Source of the DNA: Ginglymostoma cirratum
Lineage: Eukaryota
Length of the DNA: 64,000 bases
NCBI GenBank assembly: GCA_024137785.1
Contig: JAHRHZ010000268.1
Coordinates: 16,323,206-16,387,205, forward strand
Direction of reading: 5' to 3'
Shown here one piece after another: positions 11,174 through 23,470 of the stretch. A program made the translations under genes and the position numbers. A model generated the notes under the pieces. The model ran no database searches and was not told the origin of the DNA. It saw only the letters and a list, made by a program, of their open reading frames with translations. Numbering within the stretch: position 1 is the first letter of the stretch; every line of letters starts with the position of its first letter.

Positions 11174-12820
11174 CTGTAATGGAAGTAAAAGAAACTTAGG
11201 AATTCTTCTTGTGACAACATCGTTGCAAGGGGCCATGTCAAATGCAGGTACAATGTTGTCAGGGCTAATCATGACCTGCCAAAACTATGTGGGTTACTTC
11301 GTTTATATTAGGACAAGTTTGACAGTACCACACGGATCCAGGAATATTGTCCAAGATGATGCCTGATTTGGGTTTTATCAGAACATGTGTTTTTAATAGT
11401 GACATTCCAGTGGCTGTTTTATTTTTTGACAGACCTTGGCCTTAGGTTCTACATAAATGGCAAGCATATATTAGGTCTCAGCAATTAATCATATCAAGAT
11501 GCTGCTGACTGCACTGAAAATAATTATATGTAGTACTTTAACTCAGCCTGTCAACAAAACTGTTTTATTAGAAATAGGCAAAAACTTTTTAAGTGCATGG
11601 CAATATATTTTTGAGAATATTTTGCATGCATTATCTGAACAATTTAGCCCAATTTGTTGCCTTTCCAGTGAGCTCAATATAATGAAGCTTCTTCTTCCCA
11701 AAATAAACTTTTATTTCTTTTGTCCTAACTTTCCTTTTCGAACCAACAGTGCCTTTGTAATCACAATAACAGGTTTATTTGGATTCTCAGTCGCCTAGGA
11801 AGAAAAATTTTCAATTAATATGATCTTATCATTTGCAACATCTTTAAGCCTTCGTAAGTATAAAGTAAGTATGATGTGCAAAACTATTCACAGGTTGAAA
11901 CTCTACTCTGCTTACTAGCTAATGTGGTCTTGTAACTTTCTTCTGTTTTTTTTTAATGGCACTTGAGACCTGTCGATGTTAAAGAAACTGGTGACTGGCC
12001 AAATAACATACATTGAATTTGATTGAATGCATTAAATAGCGCATTAATAAAGAATCAAAGAGATTTCATTCTCTGCATTGAATCATGAATAAAACGAGTG
12101 TTTCTGAAGTAAATTACGATATGGCTGAGCAAATTTCTATTCCAATAAAAATTGAGATTGAAAATAATGGGGTGAAATTTTGGATGGCACACCAGTGAAG
12201 AATAAATATTGTGTCATGTAGGTAGAAAAGAATGCAGCAGCAATGTTGACTAAACTTTAGTTAGGATAGTTAAAAGCAAATATTTCTTTTTTAAAAAAAT
12301 AGCTTGTTTAAAACTATTAAAGGACAGCCTTTAAATAATTAAACAGCAATGTTTTTATTTATTAATTAAAGCCAAAGCCTAGTTAGTGTAAGAAATATAG
12401 AATCATCTGGCTGCATGCTACGAAGGCAGACATTTACAGCCATGGGGTTAAATATTTCGACAGCACCAGATTTTTGGCAGCCTACTAGAACTAAAGGGGA
12501 AAAAGGTTGAACGAAATCTGGCCAAAATACAGAAACTTCCAATGTTTAGTATGCTATCCTAATGCAGGGTGAGGCATTTTGTTTTCAGTTTAACACAACT
12601 ACATAGTACAGAAAAACGCCAACTTTTCTTTCTCAAATTTAATATAATTTAATTCTGAAATTTCTTGAAGGTGATATTGATCCATCCCCTTGTCATGGTT
12701 CCTTCGAAACAACTTAAAATGTTGACTGAAGACTAACATTTTCCTATTAACATCTGCATGTTCACTTTGTGCATGTGGCTAGGATGTTGCACTGTGTGCC
12801 AAAACATACTAAATGAACAA

Positions 12821-12826
12821 TTTATT
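12821..12826 (-). terminator. Intronic polyadenylation signal (candidate PAX3c-like isoform)
   Basis: AATAAA about 60 nt after the in-frame read-through stop at 12889, with upstream TGTA and downstream U/GU-rich sequence (TTGTTCATTTAGTATGTTTTGG). Confidence 0.45.
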
Positions 12827-12995
12827 TTGCAATTATTTCAAAACATATTGTATACAAGACTAGTAAGTTATACTGAATTTTACATTCATCAAAGTTTGTA
12901 CACTGAGTCACACATTTTTATACAAATTGATGAAGGATGGGGTGGGTAAGCATTTTTATAGGTAAACGTATTGCTTAGATTTACATGGCACTTAC

Positions 12996-13242
12996 TTTGC
13001 CCATATTGTCCATACTGGTATCCTGCAACTGGATCCATGCTGTAACCTGAGGAGCTATAAGTTGATGGGCAATATGATTGAGTGGTGGGTAAGCTGTCAA
13101 GAGGTTTCATAGGATCCAGCCGCTGACTACAGCTGGCAGAAACTGAAGTGGAAGGTTCCAGACCTCCAGTTAGTGGTGATAGAGCATAGTCAGTTTGTGG
13201 TTGGTGTGGAACACCACCAGGATTTGCCAGGAGACCCATTAC
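12996..13242 (-). CDS. pax3: Pax3 exon 8 (transactivation domain)
   Basis: tttctgcAG|[83 protein letters not shown]|GTAAGT. 247 nt. Overlaps ORF 12889-13239. Confidence 0.97.
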
Positions 13243-13589
13243 CTGCAGAAATGAAAAATAGCACTGTTAATAACATACCAATGTGAAACCTCTGTTTTAT
13301 TTGCATATGCATCATGGTTTAACAATTGTAGAGTACTTTGAAAACTGCTCTCACATATAATTACGCATCAGGTTTATGACCCTGAAGGCTAAGGTTACAA
13401 GCTTATTTAGCACTCCATGGATCCTGCGATATGAGCGCAATACAAATTACAGAACATATTGCAGTAATCCAAAGGTAGGTTTTCATCATATACTCCACTT
13501 CTAGTTCAAATTATGAGAAAGGGACAATGAGATTCAATTTCTAATATAAGGAAACTATGAGGTAAAAACAACTTGTGGCATTACTTATG

Positions 13590-13886
13590 AAATGGAATTT
13601 TTAGGATAAGGGGTAGCAGATGTAAAACAGAGATGAGGAGAAATTACATCCCTCAAAGGGTCATGAATCTGTGAATTCAATATCCCAGAATGTGGTGGAT
13701 GCTGGGATATTCAGTAAATTTAAGGAAGAGATAGACAGATTTTTAATTACCAATGTGTTGAAAGGTCATGGACAGTGGGCAGAAAACTGGAGTCAAGGTT
13801 AAGATTAGATCAGCCATGATCGTTTCAAATGGCAGAGCAGGTTCGAGGGGCTGAATTGCCTACTCCTGCTCTGAGTTCTTGTGTAG
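13590..13886 (+). mobile_element. CR1/HER1-like LINE 3' fragment
   Basis: gagatgaggagaaatt..gaatctgtgaattc..gatcagccatgatc..gcctactcctgctc, matching the tail at 16270-16925. Confidence 0.8.
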
Positions 13887-14139
13887 CTGACTTGATTAAG
13901 GGACTGGATGAAGCTCAACATTGTGGTTGATTTTCCTACAGTATACTGCCTCAAATCAGGTAGACAAATGATTGAAACATTGAGAAAAAATCAGTATTAA
14001 GTTGCTGCAACGTGACTTCTCTCCATTGCCAACTTTCACCAAGACAATTGCTGAGCGTCCTTTCCCAGCACCTTGTATGTAAAAGTCAAGAAGATCATCC
14101 TGGAATCCAGACACTTTGCTCTTGCCTACCATTCTTGCC

Positions 14140-14370
14140 ACCACTGCTCCATTTGAAACCTGGCAATAGTCTTTACAGTCCTATCGTGAATTCTGCAAAA
14201 ACTAGCAACGGTATGTTAGCTCTCTATGTTGGCCTAATCCCATATCCATTAAAGGTGTTCAGTTAGTGAGTTGGCATATTCTTCACAGCCTTGTAACCCA
14301 AATCCTATAATAGTAGACTAAGAAAATTCAGCCAACTCAATTCAAACAATGGCAGAAATTGAATCAATAA
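14140..14370 (-). mobile_element. LF-SINE-like ancient SINE remnant
   Basis: ccactgctccatttgaaacctggcaatagtctttacag..tagtgagttggc..tcacagcc resembles the reverse of the LF-SINE 3' part (recalled, not aligned). Confidence 0.4.
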
Positions 14371-15984
14371 GAAAAGAATGAGCTGGGTCCTACAATTTTT
14401 TTTGTACATTTCTGGTCTTCTTTATATTCTCATGTGGACCATGTAGAAAAATGAGAATGGTTGCCAATGAATGACTTAGAGGTTTGGCAGGAATCCATGT
14501 CACCATGCCAGGATGTAGAACTACACACAAACACACAAAAGTGAAGGCCAGGAAAAGACTAGCCGGCATATCAAACTTCTGGATTTGACTTCTCCACACC
14601 GTCACCTTATCAACCTTTCTCCCCACCCCCATCCCAACTCAACAGAGCAAGGGAAAATCTCCACTTCAACCAACCAAATGTTTCTATATTTTCCAGATGT
14701 TGATAACTTAAAAAAGACTGCTGGAAAATATCTGATTGGTTTGTGTTTAAGGTCAACTTCTGTCATTCAAATTGCTGATTTTAGAAAGCAATGTTTTAAA
14801 TTTGCATTTTTTAAAAATTCCTTAGTTTGAGGTACAACTTTAGACACAACACTAAATAGGCTCCTACAGATTTCAGAAAACTTTTGAAAGGTTACAATGG
14901 AGTGTTTCTTTGCTTTAAATTTGTGCAGTATCACCTTCCACAAACATAAAAAGCAGCACACAAAAGTAAGATTTCTGTCAGTTTACACACAGGTATGGGG
15001 CAGTCTACTGACGAGTAATTTCTTGTCAAAAGCAATTTACATCTATGGACCAATTTTAGGATCAAATAACATTGTAAAGGTGAAATCCTCATAAGAATAA
15101 TTTTAATTGAGAGTAAGTTTTTTAAAGCTTCAGAAGGAACAGTTCGACTTTTTCTGAAGAGGAACTCGATACACTCTACTATAACCCAAGGCGTTGTGGT
15201 ATTCTTTCAATTGTATGGATCTATCCACAGGCAAAATCTTAATATATTTGGAGGAATGCCAGTGAAAGGATTAAATATTTTAAAGCTTCCTGTTGCTTCA
15301 AAAGTCATTCTATGACCCTGAATGTCCACTAATGCAATGTATAAGTGCTAATCATTCTTCAACATTGTCGGAACAGAAAAAAGTTGTAAGGAAAATTTTG
15401 CAACACAATCTCCACTTTGTGTAAGTTGTTCCGTAATGCTCCAGCATAAAAAAAATGGGCATTTAGATAACTTACTGTAAAATCAACAGATTAAATGTTA
15501 AAATGGTCTGTTTCCAAATAAGTACAGTTAGATCAAAACATGTGCACTTGACATTTTGAAAACTATGGAATATTTTTTAAACCAAAATCTTTGTACAATC
15601 AAATTGCTCAATTAAAGAAAATGTGACAAAGAATGTTGAGCAAAATTATATAAGTTGGACAAAAATGATTGAAATTTTAAATTGCACCAATCCCTCTAGG
15701 CACAGTTTTGATACTGGATTAACTATATTTAGTTTGAAGGGGATTAAAATGAGAGAAAATAAATTGAAAACTTTGATGTTCAGACAAAGATTGTGTATTT
15801 AAGTGTCACATTGGAGGCTAGATGCCAAATTAGCGGTCAGTGAGGGTTGACTTTATATGTTGAAATTCAATGCTTAATGAGGATTTTACTTATAACATAG
15901 GATGACATCCCCTGAAGTTGATTTAGCACTCTTAAATTTTAATTATTTTAGTGGTTGATGCTTTGGTATTGCCGAAGGCTTATT

Positions 15985-16250
15985 AGATAAATGTACTGCC
16001 CAGCACAGTACTGAGTCCTGCAGATTTGATCATTGCTGTTTGTTTTATTATCTGATCTCAGCAGGGAAACTATGTGCTATAATTGTCTACTGTGAGCTGG
16101 AATAGACAGGTTAGTAGGGGTTGCAGGACTAGTCAGGGGGCAGAAAAATTTTAACCTGTTACCTTGACATTATCGTCATTCATTGATCCGTTCTTTATAT
16201 TCTATCTGTGATATAAGCATAGGAGGAAAAGTGAGGATTTATTTCCAATT
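15985..16250 (+). mobile_element. LF-SINE-like ancient SINE remnant
   Basis: ctgatctcagcaggg..gctataattg..gaaaaatttt..cctg..attgatcc resembles the LF-SINE core (recalled, not aligned). Confidence 0.35.
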
Positions 16251-16269
16251 TATTTACTGAGAAGGTGAC

Positions 16270-16925
16270 TATGAGCTGTAAATGGAATTTTATCCTTCAT
16301 TGCTAGAGGGATTGAGTTTAATAGCAGGGAGGTTATGTTGCAACTGTATAGGGTGCTGGTGAGGCCACACCTGGATACTGCATGCAGTTTTGGCCTCCTT
16401 ACTTGAGAAAGAATGTACTGGCACTGGAGGGGGTGCACAGGAGATTCACCAAGTTGATTCCAGAATTGAGAGGGTTGGCTTATGAGGAAAGACTGAGTAG
16501 ACTGAGATTAAATTCATTGGAATTTAGAAGGATGAGGAGGGGATCTAATAGAAACTATAAAATTATGAAGAGAATAGATAAGATAGAAGCAGGGAGGCTT
16601 TCTTCCTCTGGCGGGTGAAACTAGAACAAGAGGGCATAGCCTCAAAATTAGGGGGAGCAGATTTAGGACTGAATTAAGGTGGAACTTCTTCACCCAAAGG
16701 GTTGTGAATCTGTGGGATTCCCTGCCCAGTGAAGTAGTTGAGGCTTCCTCATTGAATGTTTTTAAAGTTAAGATAGATAATTTTTTGAACATTAAAGAAA
16801 TTAAGGGTTATGGTGAGAGGATGGGTAAGTGGAACTGCAACCATGCAAAGACCTTATTGAATGGTGGAGCAGGCTCAAGGGGCCAGATGGCCTACTCCTG
16901 CTCTTGGTTCTTATGTTCTTATCTT
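16270..16925 (+). mobile_element. CR1/HER1-like LINE, 5'-truncated, relatively young
   Basis: ORFs 16382-16618 (QFWPPYLRKNVLALEGVHRRFTKLIPELRGLAYEERLSRL) and 16704-16997 (NLWDSLPSEVVEASSLNVFK) are the CR1 ORF2 C-terminus. Tail is ttcttatgttcttat. Confidence 0.92.
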
Positions 16926-16999
16926 AAACCACCTAAGTTGATGTGGTATTGCTACCCAAAATCTTGTTTGACAGGAAGTTCCAGAATTTTGATTTAGCA

Positions 17000-17560
17000 A
17001 CAATGCAGGAACAGTGATATAATTACAAGTTTGGATTGTATGTGACATGAAGGAAAGCTTGGAAGTGGTGGTGTTCCCATGTATATGATATTCTTGGCTC
17101 TCTCAGCAGCCTTGGTGATTTGCTGCTGTGCATCTTGTAGGTGGTACACATGGCAGATACAGCAGGGTCAGTAAAATGTTTGAAATGATGGATGGGGTAC
17201 CAATCAAGCTGCCTGTTTTGTCATAGTGTCAAGTTTATTTAGTGTTGTTGAGACTGCAATTGTCCTTGTCAGTAGACACTGTTTCATCACACTTCAAATT
17301 TGTGCCGTTTAGCAGTTGGAGAGTTGTGGAAAGTCAGGAAGTGAGTCACTTGTTGCAGAATTCCTAGCCTCAGACCTGCTGTTGTAACCACAGCATGTAT
17401 ATGTAGCAGATCCAGTTAAGGTGGTTGTCAATGAGGACCTTCAGGTTGTTGAGGTTGGGGGAATTAGCTAATAACAGTGACACTGAATGCTAAAAAGGGG
17501 AGACGAGATTCTCTGTTGTGATGGTTAGTCATTGCCTGACCCCTGTGCTGCTTGAATATA
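17000..17560 (-). mobile_element. LINE fragment of the same family as 48776-50660
   Basis: Direct internal similarity to 48935-49530 (aggaacagtgatata..gtggtggtgtt.ccatgta; ccaatcaagc.g.ctg; attcctagcctc). Confidence 0.8.
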
Positions 17561-20500
17561 CTTGGAAAAGAAGTGTCCACCCAGTGTACTGTGTAGCACA
17601 AGATAAAATGCAACTAGAATCTAATCATAAGTTTACAACATTTTAGCATTCAGTCTAGGTTCACAAGTACAGAAAGGCAATTTGGATAAGGTACTAAAGG
17701 ATAGTGGCACCTGTGAAACTACAGTGGAGCTTGAGTCAGCTCCTTTTCGACGTGAACATGTGGGGAGATAGAAATTACTTTATACGTTCTGGAACTGAAT
17801 AACATGTCTTATATTTGGCTTTGCTTGAATTCATTTGGAAGCTTCATTTGTTGACGTGTCACAAGACTTTTATTTCTAAAAGATTGACTTGGATTATTTT
17901 GAAAACTCATATCAGTGATTTCGAGCAGAATATTCTCCAATCCAATCATAAAAAGTTAGGATTAAATGCTATCTTTGTGAGTTTTAGATAGTGGTCAAAC
18001 TGCTGCAATATTATCACTGGTTAAGCATCAAGCCACAAGAGCCATTTCAAATACATGTTGACAATGGAATCTATTAACCACATACATTGATTTCCAATAA
18101 TATTTTAGCATAAAAATTCAGTGAAATCAATTTTTTTTTACAGACATTTGTGATAAACCCCTACATGTCTGTTGAGTAACGTTTTCAGCCCTGAGTGGTT
18201 TACTGCTGATAAGAATGCTCCAGGAATCAACCTGCAGTTGATTAACAGCAAAATAATTAGATTTTAGTAATTTTTGCATGGTTCTTTGAGAACAAGAAAA
18301 AGAAAGTCGCCTCAAGGCACAGTGTGTCAGTTAAGGTATTTCAATGTGACCTTCTCACTTAAAGCATGGAGTTACAGGAAGGGCAGAACTAGTCTGCAGC
18401 AATTCATACTGCAAAGACTGAAAGAAAGCAAGACTAGTCTATAGCATTCACCCCCTGCCTGTGGTACCAGGGTTGTTCCATCCATAAACAGATGATTCTT
18501 GGAATGCCCAAGAGTAAAAGATGAATTTCCTGAAGAATTGATAATTTTCAGTTTTGAATTTTACTAAGCTTATGAAGCAAGGTACAGACAAAATAAGTAT
18601 GTATGTGAATTGGCATTCAGTCAACAGTGCAGTCATTACTACTTCTCTCTGAAAAAGAACCTTTCCAACATTTTCAACCTCTGGCCTCTCTCAGATGAGA
18701 TTACTAAAAAAGCATCATTTTATTCCATACACTAATGTCCACAGGGAACAAAGTTAAGATGACAAAAATTAATTTAACTTGGTATTAAACATTGAGATGA
18801 ATTCATAAATTCATAATGAAAATTGTAATGAACGGGAATGAAACTAAACCCTTCTCAAAAGTTGAAAGACTGTATTACTTTTCAATTTTATGGCAAGTTA
18901 ACCTCAGATCATTTTTAAATCACTAGCATTTTTATGATCTGCTTGTGTAACATTCTGACTGAAATCCTGGAAATGTATTATATACTGCTTAAGTCATATT
19001 ACTGCGGAAATAATGAGATTGAATCTTTATGAGTGAAAATGAATTACATCAATCTTTGATGCACACACTCTCAACATATGTTCCAATTGCAAAAGTGTTC
19101 ACGTTTCTGGCATAAATAGCCTGTGCTTTTATAAAAAAGTTTCATGTTGCATTTGAGCCTCTTCATTATTGTTTACCTGTGGCTGCATGGGTAGCATGAG
19201 CTCAACACTAAAAACATTCGCAAAACCAGTCTTTCTTTTTAGTAAGTTCTATAAATAGTGCACAAGGGAAATGCAGGCAGAACTTTAGCTGTTACGAAAA
19301 GCTAAGAGTCAACTCCTAGTTTATCTATTGTCACACTAAATTTATCTTCAACAGAAACCATAGGGGTTTTGGTTCCAAAGAACTATTGTTTATATAAATC
19401 TATTCAACATTTCAGATCAACAAGCAAGTGAACACTGCTTACTGACCCTTAACAAACTGAAGGCAGTAACCAATTCAGGTTCAGTTACAGTGAACATCTC
19501 CACGTGAGATTGATCTATACTTTATAGTACCATTATGTTGAAAATTTGGGAACTGTAGTTTCTCTGGAGTTTTAGTGTGCGAATAAAAATATTAACACGA
19601 TCACAGCCTCCTTTTTTTATATTTTGAAAAATACTAGACTACGATCGGCTTGTCTTAATAAGTAATAATCTCACGAGCAGTTAAGTCTAATTGTGCGTCT
19701 CTGCTCACATCACTCCGTAGTTGTCCTAAAGCACAGTATCAAAGAACATTGGCCCCCAAAATTTACAGGTTTTCTCCAACATAATTTCAGTTTAAGTTCA
19801 GCAGAAGTATCTAATAATTCACCAGTGTTTGGAAACAATATGACATGGCCTTCTCTGCAAATGTTCTATTTATCGATCTGTAAGGTGTCAGGTATCAAAT
19901 AAAACACAGAGAGTTGCTGCATCTCCTGCCTCCTAGCCCAGTGTTAATTAGGTGGTCATCCACTGACTCAGCAATTCTGAGTATAGCATAGCTGCCATCC
20001 AGGAGTAACTCCTGGGATTATGGCCTGTTACAACATTGAATCAATGTCTATTTTAGATTCTCAGTTTAAACTAAAATCGACTGCATTTGTAACACACATA
20101 TAGACCAAGAAAGTTCATCCTGTGGATGAACTGGAATGAATGTTCATAAAATGTGTCTGTAAATGCTTTAACTATACTAAAATCACAATAAATCATGCCG
20201 CCCTATGCAGAAAGGTAATATTTTTCTAGCAACCCACAGTTGTATTTAATTTTTGGTTTAATTTGTGCCTGTGAAGGATGATTCTAACCCACAGCAGGCT
20301 TGTAAAATATATCATCTAGCTTCCAATTGTAACTTTATTTCTAAAGTTCACTGTCTTGTCAACTTTTCCAAATCATTGGAAATTTTAATGACAGTGACAG
20401 TCAGTACATGCATTCACGTTTTTCTTCTATTCTTCTACAGTAGAATAGAGCAACATAATTTTACCTCCCTGAACACACTATTGTTTGAAATGAAAAAAAA

Positions 20501-22599
20501 GTAGCTACAGTATGTCTTCAACATTTAGCATAAGATTGAATAAGAGTAAAGATTATGTAAGATTGTAGGCACTAGTTTCCATTGATCTGTGAAATACATT
20601 AACTTCGCTTTATCAGCTAACAATGGAGATTTAGCTCTACCATGGTAAATAATCACTTTGTTATAATTACAGATGTACCTCCAAATTTATTTAAATAGTG
20701 ACTAAGACTGAAATTGTTTTATTCTAAATGGAACTTCACTGTATCATGTTCACTTTCAGCAAGTTCCACTGCAGGAGTCTTAATGCTACATCTGTACAGA
20801 ATGCTAGAAGGTAAATCAGTAAAAGCTGAAATGGTATAAGCATTACATTTAAACATTTGACTTAATTATATTCAAACTTCCATTATAACAAGGGGAAACA
20901 CCTGAAAACTGAACTATGCAGCTCTACTACTGAGCATCATAACTTTTTCCTAATGTACAATTGACCTAAAACTCTTTAAACACTGATAACACCAAAGATG
21001 AAGTATACAGTTTCCCCTTTCCTGGGCAATGTTTTCAACTGGCCCTTACAGCTGGCTTAAAGTAAATAAGCAAACAAACTTGAAAACATCACAAACTGCT
21101 CCCAGCCCATGAACTTTAATATTTGTCGTCATGGTTCCCAAAATTGATCATCTATGCAAACTTATTCCAGCTGCTACTGGCTAGGTCAATAACCAGAAAA
21201 AAAAAGACCATATTCAAATTATATAAGTCAGACAAAGATTACCAATATGAAACTTAAAGAATCTTAGTCAATACAATAAATACAACCTTAAGGTGCAGTT
21301 GACTAACCAAGATCAACTATCACTGGACCCCAGATACGATTCTCATCATCTCTGGCACAGCAGCAGAATACTTTGATGTTAACACATATATTTACTACAG
21401 AGTCACATGGCATACATTTCTTTACAATTCTGTGATTTTGTCCACTTTAAATTTTTGTGGATTTTTTAAAGTACCTGATACCACATTATTTTGTCTTCAG
21501 TTTGTAACAGAACTTCTAAGGGCTTGAGATCTGTGTAAATCTGAAGAATGAAATGGAATCTGCTCTGTGGCTTTAAGTTTAGAATATACGTATCTGATGG
21601 TGCACCAGTGCATCCAAATGAGTTTCTTGAAACAAAACGAATTTTCCATTTTCTTATCTGTGATGTTTAAGTATTTTGCTCTCTTCTTCTCATATGGTCT
21701 CAATCTTCAACTTTCATAATATTTTCATATTTAAAAATCACAATGAACTATGACTGTACAACACAGCAGGAATAGGGGTTTTTTTAAGCATTGTATCATT
21801 TTACATTTTTAATATATCCATTATGGTTGTTACATAATTTGGATGTGTACCTGTTTGGAATAAGTCAAAATACCATCTATACAAAAAAAGGGATATGTGT
21901 CAATAAATCTAAGGAGGAAAGTTGTTAGCATGAAATATAGATCAATGTAGGCAATTACTTCCAGAGACAAAATTACATAAGTAAAAGTAAATGCTACAAT
22001 GCTTAGTATCTGCCAAGATAAAATTTGAAAACTAATGTTCACACTAATAATCTTTTTAAAAATGTGTATTACATATTGGATTTTATTTTGTGTACATTAT
22101 GGTTGTGAAATATATTTTTACATTAAACAACCAGCTAGTTATTAGGTTTGTATTCTGTATCATAGAGTTTTTATTTAGTATACCAACAAATTATCCAATT
22201 GTTAAATATGGTGTATTGATAAATAAGTAAAACAGATATTGCTGTTTGGACAAATTAGATTTTAGTTATCCAGATAGACTGAAATAATACAAGGTTTTGG
22301 CCAAACTAGAGAGATAGTCATGGAATACAGGATTGTTACTCTAATCACTATATCATGTATGCAATAAGGAAGGATGTGGTCATAGATCTAGTTGTAGATA
22401 GTAATGCAGATGATAGCAGCAGGTAATGCACACATGAAATGAAAATGAGAGAGATTCTGTATGTTGTATGGAAGCTTTTCTGCACAGGTGATATTCAACA
22501 TGGAGACAATAAAGACTAAACACCATTTAAAACGTAACATAAGATACTTGGCATCAAAATTATGGTGAATGATAACATAGAGAATGTAGCCATTGGGGA

Positions 22600-23470
22600 A
22601 AGAAACAAGCGATTAGGGAAATATTGACTTTTAAGTTGGACTGGTACATCCGTGCCTCAAGGCTCTGCATTAGAATCTCTATGTTTTACATTTACATAAA
22701 TGAGTTGGAAAAAGGAGAAATGAAATTCAAGTCTACTGTTTATACCAACATAACAGCATGGCAAATTGTGAGAAAAATACAGAAAGATATGTGCAAATTA
22801 GCAAAGTGGCCAGAGAAACAGCAGATCCATTTTAATGCAAAGTAATCATCAACAATACATTTAGGGAAACAATATATTGGAATGAAGTGTACTTAAAATG
22901 ACTTTTTTAACATAGAGGAAGAGCAGAAAATTATAGAAATACTGATGTTTAAAGATAATAATGCAAAGATAAACAGATTATAAAAAAGCAAATGATCTTC
23001 TAGGTTTTACATTTAGGATCAATTAACATAAAAGCAACAAAATTACATTGAATTTTCACAAAAATTAATTCAACTATAGTTGTGTACTGCTTTCATTTAT
23101 GGGAACCCATTTTATAGGAAGACTATATGAGCAATGGAAAAGATACAGCAATGAGTTATAAAAAAGTAGACTAGGAATGAGAAACTATATCTACGAGGAA
23201 AGGCATATAAGTAAATGTCTATTTTAACTAGAACAGTGGACTTCCAAGGGAATCCAGTAAAGGTTTTCAAAATAATAAACTGTTTGTAAAAGGTAAACAG
23301 CGACTGACTAACTGAAGGCTTTAACTAGCTGATGAATTTGTAACAAATGTAGCTTCCTTGAAACATGAAAAGAGAACTTAAAAGCACTACTTTTTCACAG
23401 AGAACATGGAACATTTTACCACATGAGGCTATCAGGCAGAGACAGTGGATAGAATTTTCCTATTTCTCAG
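22600..23470 (+). mobile_element. Ancient CR1-clade LINE remnant
   Basis: ORF 22624-22845 has YINELE..KF and IQKDMCKLAKW...QIHFNAK, a decayed form of LQ.DLD.L..W...WQM.FN..K. Confidence 0.65.
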
